Origin: Felis catus
Taxonomy: Eukaryota
Length of the DNA: 64,000 nt
NCBI RefSeq assembly: GCF_018350175.1
Contig: NC_058368.1
Coordinates: forward strand, 108,502,001 to 108,566,000
Direction: 5' to 3'
Shown: positions 1-12,964 of the stretch, in pieces
Numbering within the stretch: the stretch's first letter is position 1
Layout of the letters: every line of letters starts with the position of its first letter
Notes under the pieces: generated by a model
What the model was told of the DNA's origin: nothing
Database searches by the model: none
Seen by the model: only the letters and a program-made list of their open reading frames with translations
Position numbers and translations under genes: made by a program

Positions 1-95
1 AATAAACACAGTCTGAAAAGACAAAGAAAGCATCAGAATCAAACTGAGATCTAAGACACAGGTTGTTCCTATCAGATGTTAGTATGTTACCATTT

Positions 96-220
96 ATACA
101 TATATATGTGTATATATATATGTATGTATATGTCTATATGTATATATATGTATGTATATGTGTATATATATGTATGTATATATATATATATGTATGTATA
201 TATATATACATATATATATA
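96..220. repeat. (TA)n/(TATG)n compound microsatellite
   Basis: Directly visible. Confidence 0.95.
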
Positions 221-922
221 AATTAGTAAAACTATCACCTCCAATATAATTTTCACTTGTGCAAGTTATTTCCTTCTAAGACAAAAAAAGAAAGAATACA
301 GGTTGAAATTTATTTCTCTAATTTTTCTCTACACATTCCCTAACCACTGAATTTAATGAACAAAAGTGGAAGATATTTAAACTCACTTTTAATGCCTTTT
401 ATCCTAAAAGCTATGGTAAATAAAAGATGAATGACTAGAAAATTTTATCCTTCTCAGCAGCTGAGACCAGTGGATGATTACTACACAACAGCTATAAAGT
501 ATACTCAATTTAAATAAATTCAAAACATGATAAAACATTCCATATTAGTTAGGTTATTTTTACCATGATTTTCTATTTAATGCTTATCTGTAATTCAATT
601 TCAAATATTATACAAAAGATTGTTCAGGCAATTAAGTCTCTCATTTTGAGAGAGGTTAAAAAAACAAAGAAACCAGATTCACTTCCACTGTGGTTTACTT
701 TTAACACAGTAAGAGAAAAATGAAGAATAAAAAAGTTGAAAACAAACACAGATTTTCTCTTATTGTCAAATTTACTAAATATACCACCCCTTAGTAATCT
801 CCATTAACAAAAGGTATGTGGGTATATGTGTATGTGTGTGACATGCCTATAGTTTACCATAGCAATCCTGAAATAGAACAAACTAAAACAGGTTCTCACT
901 TCAAAATGTGATAGTCCTTTTA

Positions 923-1146
923 TTTTTTTTATTTTTTTTTCAACGTTTATTTATTTTTGGGACAGAGAGAGACAGAGCATGAACGGGGAAGGGGCAGAGA
1001 GAGAGGGAGACACAGAATCGGAAACAGGCTCCAGGCTCCGAGCGATCAGCCCAGAGCCTGACGCGGGGCTCGAACTCACGGACCGTGAGATCGTGACCTG
1101 TCTGAAGTCGGACGCTTAACCGACTGCGCCACCCAGGCGCCCCTCT
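923..1146 (-). mobile_element. Young felid Can-SINE (SINEC_Fc-type)
   Basis: GGGGCGCCTGGGTGGCGCAGTCGG head with CpGs intact, (CT)n and A tail; perfect 19-bp TSD AAATGTGATAGTCCTTTTA at 904-922 and 1147-1165. Confidence 0.95.
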
Positions 1147-1612
1147 AAATGTGATAGTCCTTTTAAAACAACAATCCAGGAGATCCCTGCCCCAATATAG
1201 ACCATTCAGTCATCAATGAACAAATATGAAGCCAGTTTTTCTAAAACAGATACATAAACTACTGGTGATAATAACTACTGGTGGTACACTTGACCAGTCT
1301 CTAAGAGCCCAACAGGGAAGACAAAGCACATTTCTGCTGGAACGAGGATCTCCTCTTCATATTTGCTGTGTGTAATGGTTCAGTACTAAAAACAATCCCA
1401 CTGATGAATCCCAAATGTGCCTGAATCCCTAGCCCATTTGACATTTAATAACATAAAAGCCCCACTGGCCTAGTGATTTATACACCCTCATCTGGCCATG
1501 GGACAAAGAAATTCAAAAAATTAAATTTTATTAGAATAAGCTAAAGAAACTAAATAAATCTTGCGTACACTGCTAGACAACTCTAAATTATGAAAAGCTG
1601 GAGAATACATAC

Positions 1613-1698
1613 CTGAATTCATTTAGGGCATCAACTATTCGATTATATGCCAAACTCCTCTGACTGGCATCAGCAGATCTCCGGCTCATTTTCATAGC
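1613..1698 (-). CDS. FNIP1: FNIP1 coding exon 11 (86 nt), [28 protein letters not shown](R)
   Basis: Inside ORF 1588..1779; acceptor actttcaag|, donor CAG|gtatgt. Confidence 0.97.
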
Positions 1699-3469
1699 CT
1701 TGAAAGTAATGAAATAGTTAATTCTTACACTGATCACAGGCAAAATACTGAAGAAAAAAAAAGTGAAAGACAAAGTCACTTATTTCCACAACACTTTTCC
1801 ATCAACCTTATCTAGAAAGATGTAAAGAAGGCACATATATTTACAGTGGCTTTACTGTATATACCCTTGATCATTAACAATTATAACAAAATTCAAAATT
1901 TTCTAATGTTAAATCTTTTACTCTAACTGTCAAATGAAAGAATATCAATACAAAGAGAAAATGATATTGACAGTTTCTATATTATATAAAACTACTTTTT
2001 TTTTTTAACAAACAGAACAAGATACAATGATAACTCAGTAACAACAGCTCATGGCTTCCTCTAATATTTCACAGATAATGGCTTGTTAAGTAAACCTTTT
2101 ATAAAACCTAGAACATCAAGATTCTATTGAAAGATATCACAAGTTATTAGTAATACTTGCTTTCTTAAAACATATTTAGCCAAGGTTGAGAGGCCTTGCT
2201 TTAGGTGAACAAAAAGGGGGTCCGGATTAGGATACAGATGTCAAAAATAACCTTGTAATTTTTTAGGCTTTTTCAAAGGGAATGTACTTCTGCATCACTT
2301 TTATGATTAAAAATCAATTTAAGAAATTTTAAACATCTTTTTAAGAAATCAGACTACTTTAAGGTCAGAAATCATGTTCATGTATACCCAAAAACTAAGT
2401 AAAACTTACTTATGTTTTCACAACCTGTTGACAGATTCCCAATTTATAAAAAAGTGAATATTCTTTAGCTAGAATTGAACACTGTTATTAATTTTACCAG
2501 CAGTACAGTATTAAGATTACATTACAGATCTCAAAAGGTAGCACAGGCTTCAAAATAATTCTCAAAGTGCCCAGAGACAAAACCTTACATAAAGGTATTC
2601 ATTCATTAAGCTTTACCTTTTAGCTATAATAAGAAATAAGATGTTAAACTTGAACAAATATCCAAACAACTGTAAGTACTGCAATGTACACCTTTAGGTT
2701 ATAAAATGGTCAAAACATTAAAACATTTAAAAAGTAATCTTTAATGAGTTCTATATTGACTGAATATATCAAGTTTTATACAAAACTTCACAATTTTCCC
2801 TGTAACCCAAAATGTCAGTTCAGCCACAACTAAATATTATGCATGTGTACAGACTCTGGAAACAACATACTTTAAAAAAGGGACAGCAGCCAACTGAAGA
2901 AAATGCCACCAAAGTCTAACTTCTGAAAAAGTAAGTTGACAGACTTCATGTGAATAACAAATATCAGTGTACTCTCTAGAGGCAGATGAGCCTCAGTCAT
3001 TGATAAGTTACTGAAATGCATCCTCTGCTTTCTAGATCATTCTTACTGGTCTTCCCCTCTACAGCCTCTTATTCCACTCTCTTTTAAAAAACATACCGGT
3101 AAATTAATATTCTAAAGCACAGTTTGGAGATAGCTTTAACAACAAAGTCAAAACTTATGGCAAGCATTCTTTGAGATCTGGTTTCCATTAATTCTGCAGC
3201 CATACCATCCATGGCTGGTTGGTATGGTAGTGGTGGTTAGTTCCACATACCATCAAAGGGATTAATAATTTAATTATATCCACTGATATATTAGTTTAAC
3301 TTCCTGGGAATGTCTTCCAAAAATTCACCAAGATGTTAACTACAGTGTAGTTATATTGTGAAAAAGAAGAAATAACCTAATAGAAATATTGTTACTTAAG
3401 GAAATCCACTAAAATATATTTAAGAATGATTTATAATGACATGAAAAATATGTATGTTACAATGATGAG

Positions 3470-3702
3470 TTTTTATTTTTTTTTAATTTTTTAAATGTTT
3501 ATTTATTTTGAGACCGTGAACATGCATGCACACACACATGCAGGAGAGGGGCATGGAGAGAGGGAGAGAGACAATCTCAAGGAGGCTCCTCACTATCAGC
3601 ACAGAGCCCAATGCAGGGCTTGATCTCATGAACCCATGAGATCATCACCTGAGCCAAAATCAAGAGTCAGACATTCAACCAACTGAACCACCCAGGCACC
3701 CC
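3470..3702 (-). mobile_element. Can-SINE
   Basis: tRNA-derived head, CT-rich region, A tail; TSD TACAATGATG. Confidence 0.9.
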
Positions 3703-4084
3703 TACAATGATGGGTATTTTAAAATATGTACATAACAAAAAGAACATGTACACATAACAATACCAATCAAGTAAATGTACAATATATATAGAAATAGCCT
3801 GGGTAAGACTTTGAGCAAGAGGTTACATAGTTATTTTTGGGTGGCAAGTATATCTATTTTCCTTGCTATTCTACGATATCCAATTTTCAAAACTTTACAT
3901 TTAAAAATCATAAACATGCTTTAAGATGTAGTCCAAATGAAACATCTTCTCAACAGGAAATAATTTTTCTTTCCTAGGGACTCCTAACAACTTTGCTTGT
4001 CTTTCTTTTTTAGTTATTCTTATGTTCTATCTTGTATTCACAATTTTCTTACTTTATACAAATTTATCATACACACTAGCAGCA

Positions 4085-5207
4085 GCATGAGATACAAATG
4101 ATCAGTCCTACCTTCTTAAAACACTTCCTTCACTTGGCTCCCCCTAAAAAAGTACTCTATCTTGTTTCTTCTTATTACTTGAATGGCCAATCCCGTTTCT
4201 TCTGTGGGTTTTCTCAACTCTTCAGATTTTAACTGTTGAAATGCTACACAAATCAAGTCTAGGATCTCCTTTACTTTTTTTTAATCCCTCAGTTTCACGG
4301 CTTTAAAGATCATCCATACACTGATGACAGTCTAGCCTGGAGCTTTCTCCTAAACTCTAGACTCATATAATGTCCAGGAGGCATCTCAAACAATCAGCTG
4401 ACTTTCCTCCACCGAAACTGTTCCATCTTAATCTTTCCCATTTTAGTACTAGCAACTCCATCCTTCTTACTGCTTAAATGAAAAATCTCAAGCCAACTGC
4501 TCTCTTTCTCATACATCAGCTAATTCAGTCAATCAGCTAATTTCATTAGCTCAATTTTCAAAACATATCCAGAATCCAACCACTGCTCACCAATTCGATC
4601 ACTAATTTGGTGTACCTGCCATCTCTCACCTGGATCACTGCAACAAACTCCTAACTGCAACATCCACGTTTGACCCTAGAAATCTATTCTCCACCAGCAA
4701 TAAGAGTAATCCTCATAAATAATGTCATTCTTCTGCTTGAAACTCCAATAGTTTCCCATCTTTCTTAAGAGTAAATGTCAGTGCTCTTACAATGATATCC
4801 TAAAAGTCCCTACATAATCTGATCGTACTTCTAACCCAGCCACTTTGGCCTCCTTACTTTGCTCAAGCATCAAGATTACTCTTGACACAAAGCCTTTGCC
4901 CCTGCCTGGGAAATTTTTCCCTCAGATAGTTCTATCTCACTTCTTCCATATCTCTGGACCAAATGTCATTTTATCAGGAGCCTTCATGACTAGCCAATAA
5001 AAAATGAGCAATAACTCCACCCAACATTCCTTATAAACCTGTTTTATTTTTGTCCACGGTATTTATCATCAAAAATCTTATCTATTAATTTATTTGCTAT
5101 CTCATGAGATCAAGAGTGCTGCTTTTTCCCCATATTATCTTCAGTTACTAGATTACTGCTTGCCACATTATGGGCCCTCAAACATTTATTAAATGAATGA
5201 ATGAATG
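4085..5207 (+). mobile_element. L2 LINE 3' fragment
   Basis: Degenerate L2-like body (atatccagaatccaaccact..., tctcacctggatcactgcaa) ending in (AATG)n. Confidence 0.75.
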
Positions 5208-5405
5208 ACTTTATACCATTTATTAGACAGTAAGGTCCTTAATAACAGTTGAAGTCTATATTGCATCTCCAGAGCACTTGGTAGGGTACTTGCACCATGG
5301 CTGTTAGTTTTTCTGCCAGATGAATAAACATAATACTAAACCAGGAGAGTAAGATTCAGAGGAAAATAAAGGACATTAACAAACCAGCAACATGACTATG
5401 CTTAC

Positions 5406-5607
5406 CTGTTCTATTGCACTCTTTAGTTTGTTCATGTGGCTTTCAAAGAGAGGAAAATGTGAAAAAAAGAATTCATTAAATTTGTTATTTTCATCTTCAT
5501 CTTTGGATAATGAAAAGATTACCCCAATTGCAATCTTCTTTTTCCTCACAATTCCTGGATTAGGGCCACAGCTTTCATCTGACAGATTAAAGCTTTCTTC
5601 TATAGAC
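5406..5607 (-). CDS. FNIP1: FNIP1 coding exon 10 (202 nt), [67 protein letters not shown]
   Basis: Acceptor tatttttaag|, donor CAG|gtaagc; conserved [13 protein letters not shown] motif. Confidence 0.97.
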
Positions 5608-6199
5608 CTTAAAAATAAATGTTTTTTTTTAATATTAAAAAAATAATAATTAAATTCACAATTTCATCTCCTTGCTAATTTAATGTATACATGCTAAAGG
5701 TCTTCTGCTGTTTTAACAAGTAAATCTAAAAATGTATCTCAACTGTCTGTGAAAAATCTACTGGCTATTCCTTCATACTCACATTTTTATAAAAAATTTT
5801 AACAGAGAGTCATATTGGGAACATTTTTGTTTAGTTAGAAGTCACTAAAAAAAAGGAGTTAATTCCCAATTCATAATCCACCTAAAATGCCTTAATTTTA
5901 AGGTTATAAATGACCAGAGTCATTTATATAATTCACTGTTCTACGATCTACTTGTATCTCCTTCTGATTTCAAGAGTAAAATTTAAAAAATCAAGGACTA
6001 AAAGGAGTAACTAAAACAGAAAACAAGAAACTTTATTTAATCTACGTTGTACTACGTACATTAATTTTATACTACGTTTAATCTAAGCTGTACTTGACAT
6101 AGGCTTAAAAAAAATCTTTCAAGAATGAATTAACTTGTCTGATTAGAAACATGAAAAACTGAAATATCAAAACATGGAGTACACTGAACAAACACCTAA

Positions 6200-7290
6200 A
6201 CAGAAGAGTTACAATTACAAAACTTTTAGGAAAAAACATAGGGTAAAAGATTTATGACACTGAATTTGGCATTTATTTCTTGGATATGACACCAAAAATA
6301 CAGACAACAAAAGAAAAAAGATAAACTGGACTACATAAAATTAAAAACTACTGTATATCAGAATGAAAAGGCCACCCATGGAATGGGAGAAATTACTGCC
6401 AACCATATGTCTCATAAGGGAATAATATTAGAATATATAAAGAACTCCTACACCTCAACAACAACAAAACAACCTAATTAAAAAATGGGCAAACCACTTG
6501 TATAGATATTTCTCCAAAAGACAGACACATGGCCAATAAGCACATAAAAATATACTCAATATCACTAACCATTAGGCAATATTAGGGAATATTACTGCAT
6601 TAGAGAAATGGAAATCGAAATCACAATAAGATACCACTTCACATCCATTAGGATGGCTATTATCAAAAAAACAGAAAAATAACTACTTACTGGCAAAAAT
6701 GTAAAATGCCAACTGTAGAAAACAGTATGACATTTCTTCAAAAGCGTATTCAAAGAATTACCATATCACCCGAAAATTCCACTTCTGGGTATACCCACCC
6801 CCAAAATTGAAAGCAGGGACTCAAACAGGTATTTATACACATATGTTCATATCAGCATTACTTGCAAAAACCAAAAGGTGGAAGCCACCCAAAAGTCCAT
6901 CAACAGATAAGTGAATAAACAAAATGTGATATATACATACAATGGAATATCATTCAGCCATAAAAAGAAATAAAATCCTGATACATTCTACAACATAGAT
7001 GAACCTTAAAGACATGCTGAATGAAATCAGCCACACATAAAAAGACAAATATTGTATGATACCACTTATATGAGGTATCTATAGTAGTCAAATTGAAAGA
7101 GACCAAAAAAAAAAAAAAAAAATCGACAGAGGATGACAGGATGCTAAGGGGAAGGAGGAACAGGGAGTTAACTGTTTAATGGGTACAGTTTGGAGGGATA
7201 AAAAAGTTCCAACCATGAAGAGTGATGATGGTTGCAAAACAATGTGAAGGTACACTGAACTGTATGCCTAATACTGGTTAAAACTTAAAA
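6200..7290 (+). mobile_element. Old L1 3' end (ORF2 C-terminus and 3'UTR, L1M-type)
   Basis: aaaatgggcaaa, cacttctgggtata, atggaatatcattcagccataaaaag motifs. Confidence 0.88.
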
Positions 7291-7466
7291 CTTGAATTTA
7301 AAATATATTATATTTTAAAAGTTTCAAGGCTTAAAATACACAAAATACAAGCCCAGGCTCAAAAACAAAAACAAAAACAAAAACAAAACAAAAAAAGCCT
7401 TCAGAACTGTGTTTAAGGAACTATTCAATTTTATTACTTTATTATAAAGTGAAGATTCCAACTTAC

Positions 7467-7602
7467 CATCTAGGAAATACCCCATTCTCCAAACTTGTTG
7501 TTTGGCTGCGTCGCCAACGTCGCTGGTAACTGCTGGCACAACTTCGGGTAAGTGAGGAGTTGGGAGAGGGAAACGGTGTAATAAGCAAGCTGCTGAGAGA
7601 TG
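7467..7602 (-). CDS. FNIP1: FNIP1 coding exon 9 (136 nt), (A)[44 protein letters not shown](W)
   Basis: Acceptor ttttgactgacag|, donor ATG|gtaagt; conserved [17 protein letters not shown] motif. Confidence 0.97.
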
Positions 7603-7974
7603 CTGTCAGTCAAAATAAAAACAAGTATAAGCATTTAAAAATATGTCAATAAAAACTGAGCAAAAATATAAATTTCTTTTTAACAAATTTAACAGTAGTG
7701 ACTCAAATTTTCCATTTTGTTTCATGAGTTTCTTAAAAATTTCCATTAAAAAAAATAATGTCATTGTTGGAGCAAAGTCTAAGGGCAGAAAAATCATATA
7801 CCAATAGTGTGTTGGCAAGAGACTCTGAGACATTCCCCTTTTTATATTCTTACCCTCACTCCACCACTTTAGAAGAAAGGGCTCATTTAAAACAAAGCAT
7901 TATCTCTTTGGCCATAAGTGTCCAAAGCATAGCCAAATAGCCCCTAAATTAAAAGAAATATGCTACAATTCCAT

Positions 7975-8387
7975 TTTTCAAAAAATTTTTTAATTTCATT
8001 TTTCTTAAAGTTTGTATTTAAATTCTAGCTAGTTAACATGCAGTGTAATATTAGTTTCAGGTGCACATATATAGAGATTGAATACTCCCATACAACACCT
8101 CTTGCTCATCACAAGGCCATTCCTTAATCTCCATCACCTATTTAACCCATCCCCACTAAGCATCAATTTGTTCTCTATAGTTAACAGTGTGTTTCTTGGT
8201 TTGCTTTTCTCCCTTTTTTTCCCCTCTTGTTCACTTGTTTTGTTTCTTAAATTCCACATATGAGTGAAATCAAATGATACTGATCTTTCTCTAACTTACT
8301 TCACATAGCATACTCTCTAGCTCCATCCATGTCTTTGCAAATGACAAGATTTCATTTTTATGGCTGAATAATATCCCATTGTATGTG

Positions 8388-8434
<47 letters not shown>

Positions 8435-8610
8435 CACATATTGTATCCATTTATCAGTTGATGTATACTTGGGCTGTTTCCATAATTTGGCTATTGTAGG
8501 TAATGCTGCTATAAACATGCATTGTAAATTGTATAAACATGCAAGTATCCCTTTGAATTAGTATTTTTATATTCTTTGGGTAAATACCTAGTAGTGCAAT
8601 TGCTGGTTTG
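7975..8610 (-). mobile_element. Carnivore L1 3' fragment with internal (CA)n
   Basis: ORF 8291..8518 gives MFIAALPTIAKLWKQPK (L1 ORF2 C-terminus); T-rich tail at left. Confidence 0.88.
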
Positions 8611-8710
8611 ATACAATTCAGTTTTAAAGCAGCAGACAGATTTTAAGAACAAAAGTTTTATTTGAAAATAAGTGCCTGAATGTCATTTAATGATGTCTTT
8701 TAAAAGCACA

Positions 8711-9530
8711 TCATCTTATACCTGTCACAATGGCTAGAAACAAAAAGATAAGAAATAAGGGTTGACAAGGATATGGAGAGAAAAGAACTGTCATGTAATG
8801 GGAAAGCAAACTGGTACAGCCACTATGGAAAACAGTATGGAGGCTCCTTAGAAAACTAAAAACAGAAATACCATATGATCCAGTTAATTCTACCATTGGG
8901 TATTTACTCAAAGAAAACAAAAACACTAATTTAAAAATAGGCACTCCTAAGTTTAGGAGCAGCACTATTTACAATAGCCAAGATATAAAAGCAACCCAAG
9001 TGTCCATCAAAAGATGAATGAACAAGTAAGATGCATACAATATTGCTCAACCATACAAAAGAGTAAGATCTTGTCATCTGCGACAACGTGGATGGACCTA
9101 GATGGTATTATGCTAAGTGAAATAAGTCAGGCACAGAAAGACAAATACCAGAAGACTTCACTTACATGTGGAATCTAAAAAAACAAAAGGCAGAAAGAGA
9201 CGCATTAACACAGAGAACAAAGTGATGGTTGCCAGAGGGAGGCTGTTGGATAGGAAGGGCAAGTTGGGTAAAGAGGAGTGGGAGATACAAGCTTCCAGTT
9301 ATGAAATGAGTAAGTCACAAGGATAAAACGGACAGCATAGGGAATAAAGTCAATCGTACTGTAACAGTATTGAATGGTGATAGATGGTAGCTACACTTGT
9401 GGTAAGCATGGTGTAACATCTAGAGTTGTCAAATCACTATGTTGTACACCTGAAATGGATGCAATGGATGCAACATTGTGTATTACAACTATACTTAAAA
9501 TTATACTTCAATAAAAATAAAATAAAAATA
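8711..9530 (+). mobile_element. L1 3' fragment
   Basis: ccatatgatccag, atgctaagtgaaataagtcag, 3'UTR and A-rich tail. Confidence 0.88.
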
Positions 9531-9844
9531 CTACTGATCCTTGAACAACATGGGTTTGAAATGTGCAGGTCCACTTATACATTTTCTTTTCAATAAATAT
9601 AGTATAGTATTATAAATGTATTTTCTCTTCTTTTTAATTTTCTTAATAAAATGTTCTTTCCTCTAGCTTTTTTATTATAAAAATATAGTATATAATACAT
9701 ATAATATGTAAAATATATGATAATTGACTATTTTTGTTATTGGTAAGGCTATTATTTTTTTAGGGAGTCAAAAGTTTTCTTACTGTGCAGGGCTAGAGGA
9801 GAGGGTTGGTGCCCCTAACCCTTGCGTTATTGAAGGGTCAACAG
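9531..9844. mobile_element. Tigger2a/MER28-like non-autonomous TcMar-Tigger DNA transposon
   Basis: Degenerate terminal inverted repeats ctactgatccttgaacaac ... gttattgaagggtcaacag, flanked by TA. Confidence 0.8.
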
Positions 9845-9895
9845 TACTCATGATTTGCTTGTGTACAGGTAGTCACGCTTCTGAATGCTTGGCAA

Positions 9896-9911
9896 CTTTT
9901 TTTTTTTTCCC

Positions 9912-9961
<50 letters not shown>

Positions 9962-10132
9962 CAAGTACACACCAGCGGGGGAGGGACAGAGAGAGAGGGA
10001 GAAATAATCCCAAGTAGGCTCCACACTATCAGCACAGAACCAGACATTGGGCTCAAACCCAAAAACTATGATACCATGACCTGAGCTGAAATCAAGAATC
10101 AAAAGCTTAATGAAATGAGCCACCAGATGCCC
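9896..10132 (-). mobile_element. Can-SINE
   Basis: (GA)n plus SINE body; TSD-like ttggcaactttt / ttggccactttt. Confidence 0.88.
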
Positions 10133-11149
10133 AGTTTGGCCACTTTTAATAACAGGACTATACCTAATAAGCTCCAAAGAGTAATCCTATGGACTGCTCT
10201 CTGGAGCATTCTAAGGGGTGACAGACACATTCTAACAGAACCCATTATGATTATAATTGCTGCAATCCCCTAATTGTGAGGTTTATTGTCTTCCCAAACC
10301 TCTCTTTCCAAAAAGTGCCAAAAGCTACAACCCTTCATTTTTCCTTAGGCTATGAATCCTCCCCTTCTCTATACTGGCTCCAGAGAGGAAAAGACATTAA
10401 GAGCTTGCATTTGTTTGGCAAGATTTTATATTCCTATCTTCATGATTACAACCACATGCTAAAAATTTGTAAGGTAATCAAAAACTGCCAAGTATTATTA
10501 TCATCTATAAAAAGGGACACATCAGATGATATATTATTTTGGACATCAGGAGTGAAAACTAAGACTGTCATTATGAAGATCTGTTCATTTCAATTCTCAC
10601 TAACAAATTTAATGATCAAGAACTTTATGTGCCATACAACTATCTGAACCATCAATGCATTAATTCTAAACTACTTTCTTCAAAAGACCACATTTTTATC
10701 ATTGTATTCTAAAACTTTGTAGTCTAGATTGGGTATGTATAACTAACTTGGGTATGGCTTCAATGAAAAATCAAATGCTAACCTAAATTTGGAAGAGCTA
10801 TGTGTTAACAAATGCTGGTATTAAAAATAACCCTACTTTGGGAAAAGAAGAAAATACACAATTAATTTAAAAGGAGCATGTGAATTTAATGCTTGAACAA
10901 GTCTTACAGATCTATCCAGCCTGGTCCTTCAATTTAAACTAAAGAAAATGAAGTGTAGAAATTAATTTATCACCTCTGAAACCTGGATAAAATAAGAACC
11001 AAATTCCTGCCACAGTAGAGAAAACTAAAATCTCTAGATTACACAGAAGCAATGAGTATTAAAAGAAAATATACTCTAGATTAGTTCCCAAGAACAAAAA
11101 TAAAAAACTCAATTAGAAAAGAAGGGTGATCATGCTAGCTACAATCTAC

Positions 11150-11526
11150 GCTCCAGACAGGTATATGGAGTATCTTTCGAAAGCCCCTGGGCAGAATGGA
11201 CAGGGTCCACACTGGCCAAGCCATCATGTCCATCGTACCAAGCTGCAGAACAAGGGGCATGTGAATGAGGTCCTACAAGGGGCCAAGTTCAAGTTCTCTG
11301 GCCACCAGAAGATCCGCATTTCCAAGAAGTTGGACTTTACTAAGTTTAATGCAGGTGAATTTGAAGGCATGGTAAGTGGCTGAAAAGTGGCTCATCCCAG
11401 ATGGCTATGGGATCAAATATATCCCTAATCATAGCCCCTTGGACAAATGGTAGGGTCTGCACTCAAGAAAAACTTGGCATTGCCCTCTTCCTATTCATGC
11501 CCACCAAGAAATCCTACTTTCTGTGA

Positions 11527-11565
<39 letters not shown>
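11150..11565 (+). pseudogene. RPL10: 5'-truncated processed pseudogene of ribosomal protein L10 (uL16), with 3'UTR and a decayed poly(A) tail now (GAAA)n
   Basis: [44 protein letters not shown] resembles RPL10 [44 protein letters not shown]; frameshifts; no intron; flanked by a 13/15 direct repeat AGAAAAGAAGGGTGA (11115-11129) / AGAAAGGAAAGGTGA (11566-11580). Confidence 0.93.
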
Positions 11566-11566
<1 letters not shown>

Positions 11567-12580
11567 GAAAGGAAAGGTGAGATTATTTGAAAGATGAAGA
11601 TTTTTCATATTAGAGAAGCGGTCCTCAACTCTAGCTGTCTGTCAAAAGAGGTATTGAGTTTTTCATTTTGTTGTGTTTTTCAAATATAGTTGCATAAATA
11701 AACCTTTCTCTAGGCTTCATAAGAGTCTCATAGTAGAGTTCAGTTGTGTGAACTTTGTTTTTTTTTTTTTTTTTTGGAAACCATGTTATTCTAATTCATA
11801 CCTAGAGATTATAATATTGGTAAGTTTGGACTTCCCATCTATACTCAAAACTGAATTATAAACAATTTAGACAGCAAAACCGTATAACGTGACAGCTCAT
11901 AGGGACAGACTACAGTGAATAAAGTTTCTCATACCTTACAATAATGCAAGCCTAAGATACTCTTTTCATTTATTCTAACTCTGGGCCCTGACAAACACTT
12001 TTCCTTTTACCTGGAAAGCCCTTACTTATATCATGCCTTAGGCTGGGTAACTCCCACTTCTCAAGATACAACTCAAGTATTATCTCTCTGCAAAGCATTA
12101 CTGGCCCCCTGCTGCTGGCCCAGGCTAAGTTACGTTCCCATTTTCCAAACCTCTTTGCTCAGGTCTATCACAGAACATATCACACAATGTAGGACAATTT
12201 TCCTGACTCCTTTCTCAGTAGATTCTGTGATCCTCAAAGGTAGAATGTGAGCTTTCTTTTTTTTTTTCATCTCTAACATATTGCAATAAAAGTTTGTCAG
12301 ACCGAAGTTTGTCAGTCCATATTTGAAAACAGTATGTATAGCATTGTTCAAAATGCCTAAGCTTTTCTGGGCAAGAGACAGTCTGAAACTTAAAACTCTA
12401 GTTAACAGCAAGCAGATATGAGCAAATGTATTTTTTCTACTATGCTATTTAAGGAGTCTCTTGATTAATATTTTTTTTCGTGTAATGGCTAAGCCTAAAC
12501 CAATGTGCATTCATTCAGGTGGTACTCCACCAGGTACATGTCACAGTAAACATGAAAATTCTAAATTTAAAGTATTTCTC

Positions 12581-12805
12581 AGGGCATCTGGGTGGCTCAG
12601 TTAGTTGATCACCCAACTCTTGATTTCAGCTCAGGTCATGAACCCAGGGCTGTGGGACTGAGCCCCAGCATGAGGCTCCATGCTGAGTGTGGAGCCTGCT
12701 TGGCATTCTCCCTCCCTCTGCCCCTCTCCCCAGCTCGTGCACTCTTTCTCTCTAAAATTAAATAAATTAATAATAAAACAAAACAAAATAAAATAAAACA
12801 AAATA
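12581..12805 (+). mobile_element. Can-SINE
   Basis: gggcatctgggtggctcagt head; TSD-like aaagtatttctc / aaaatatttctc. Confidence 0.9.
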
Positions 12806-12964
12806 AAAATATTTCTCTCTGTTGCCACAATTCTCTTATAAGGTTAATCTCAACACTAACAAACTATGTGCATTAAATTGGATGATAAAGGCAAAAATAA
12901 AAATCAATGCTGACTAATAGTGATCTGAAAAAAAAACTAGACTGATACATAAACATGGCATTAC

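Noticed and set aside
5392..5646. 84-aa plus-strand ORF
   Set aside because: Antisense shadow of FNIP1 exon 10
7324..7539. 71-aa minus-strand ORF overlapping exon 9
   Set aside because: Off-frame reading of exon 9 running into an intronic (CAAAAA)n repeat
11126..11383. 85-aa ORF with RPL10 similarity as a functional gene
   Set aside because: 5'-truncated, frameshifted and diverged; a pseudogene
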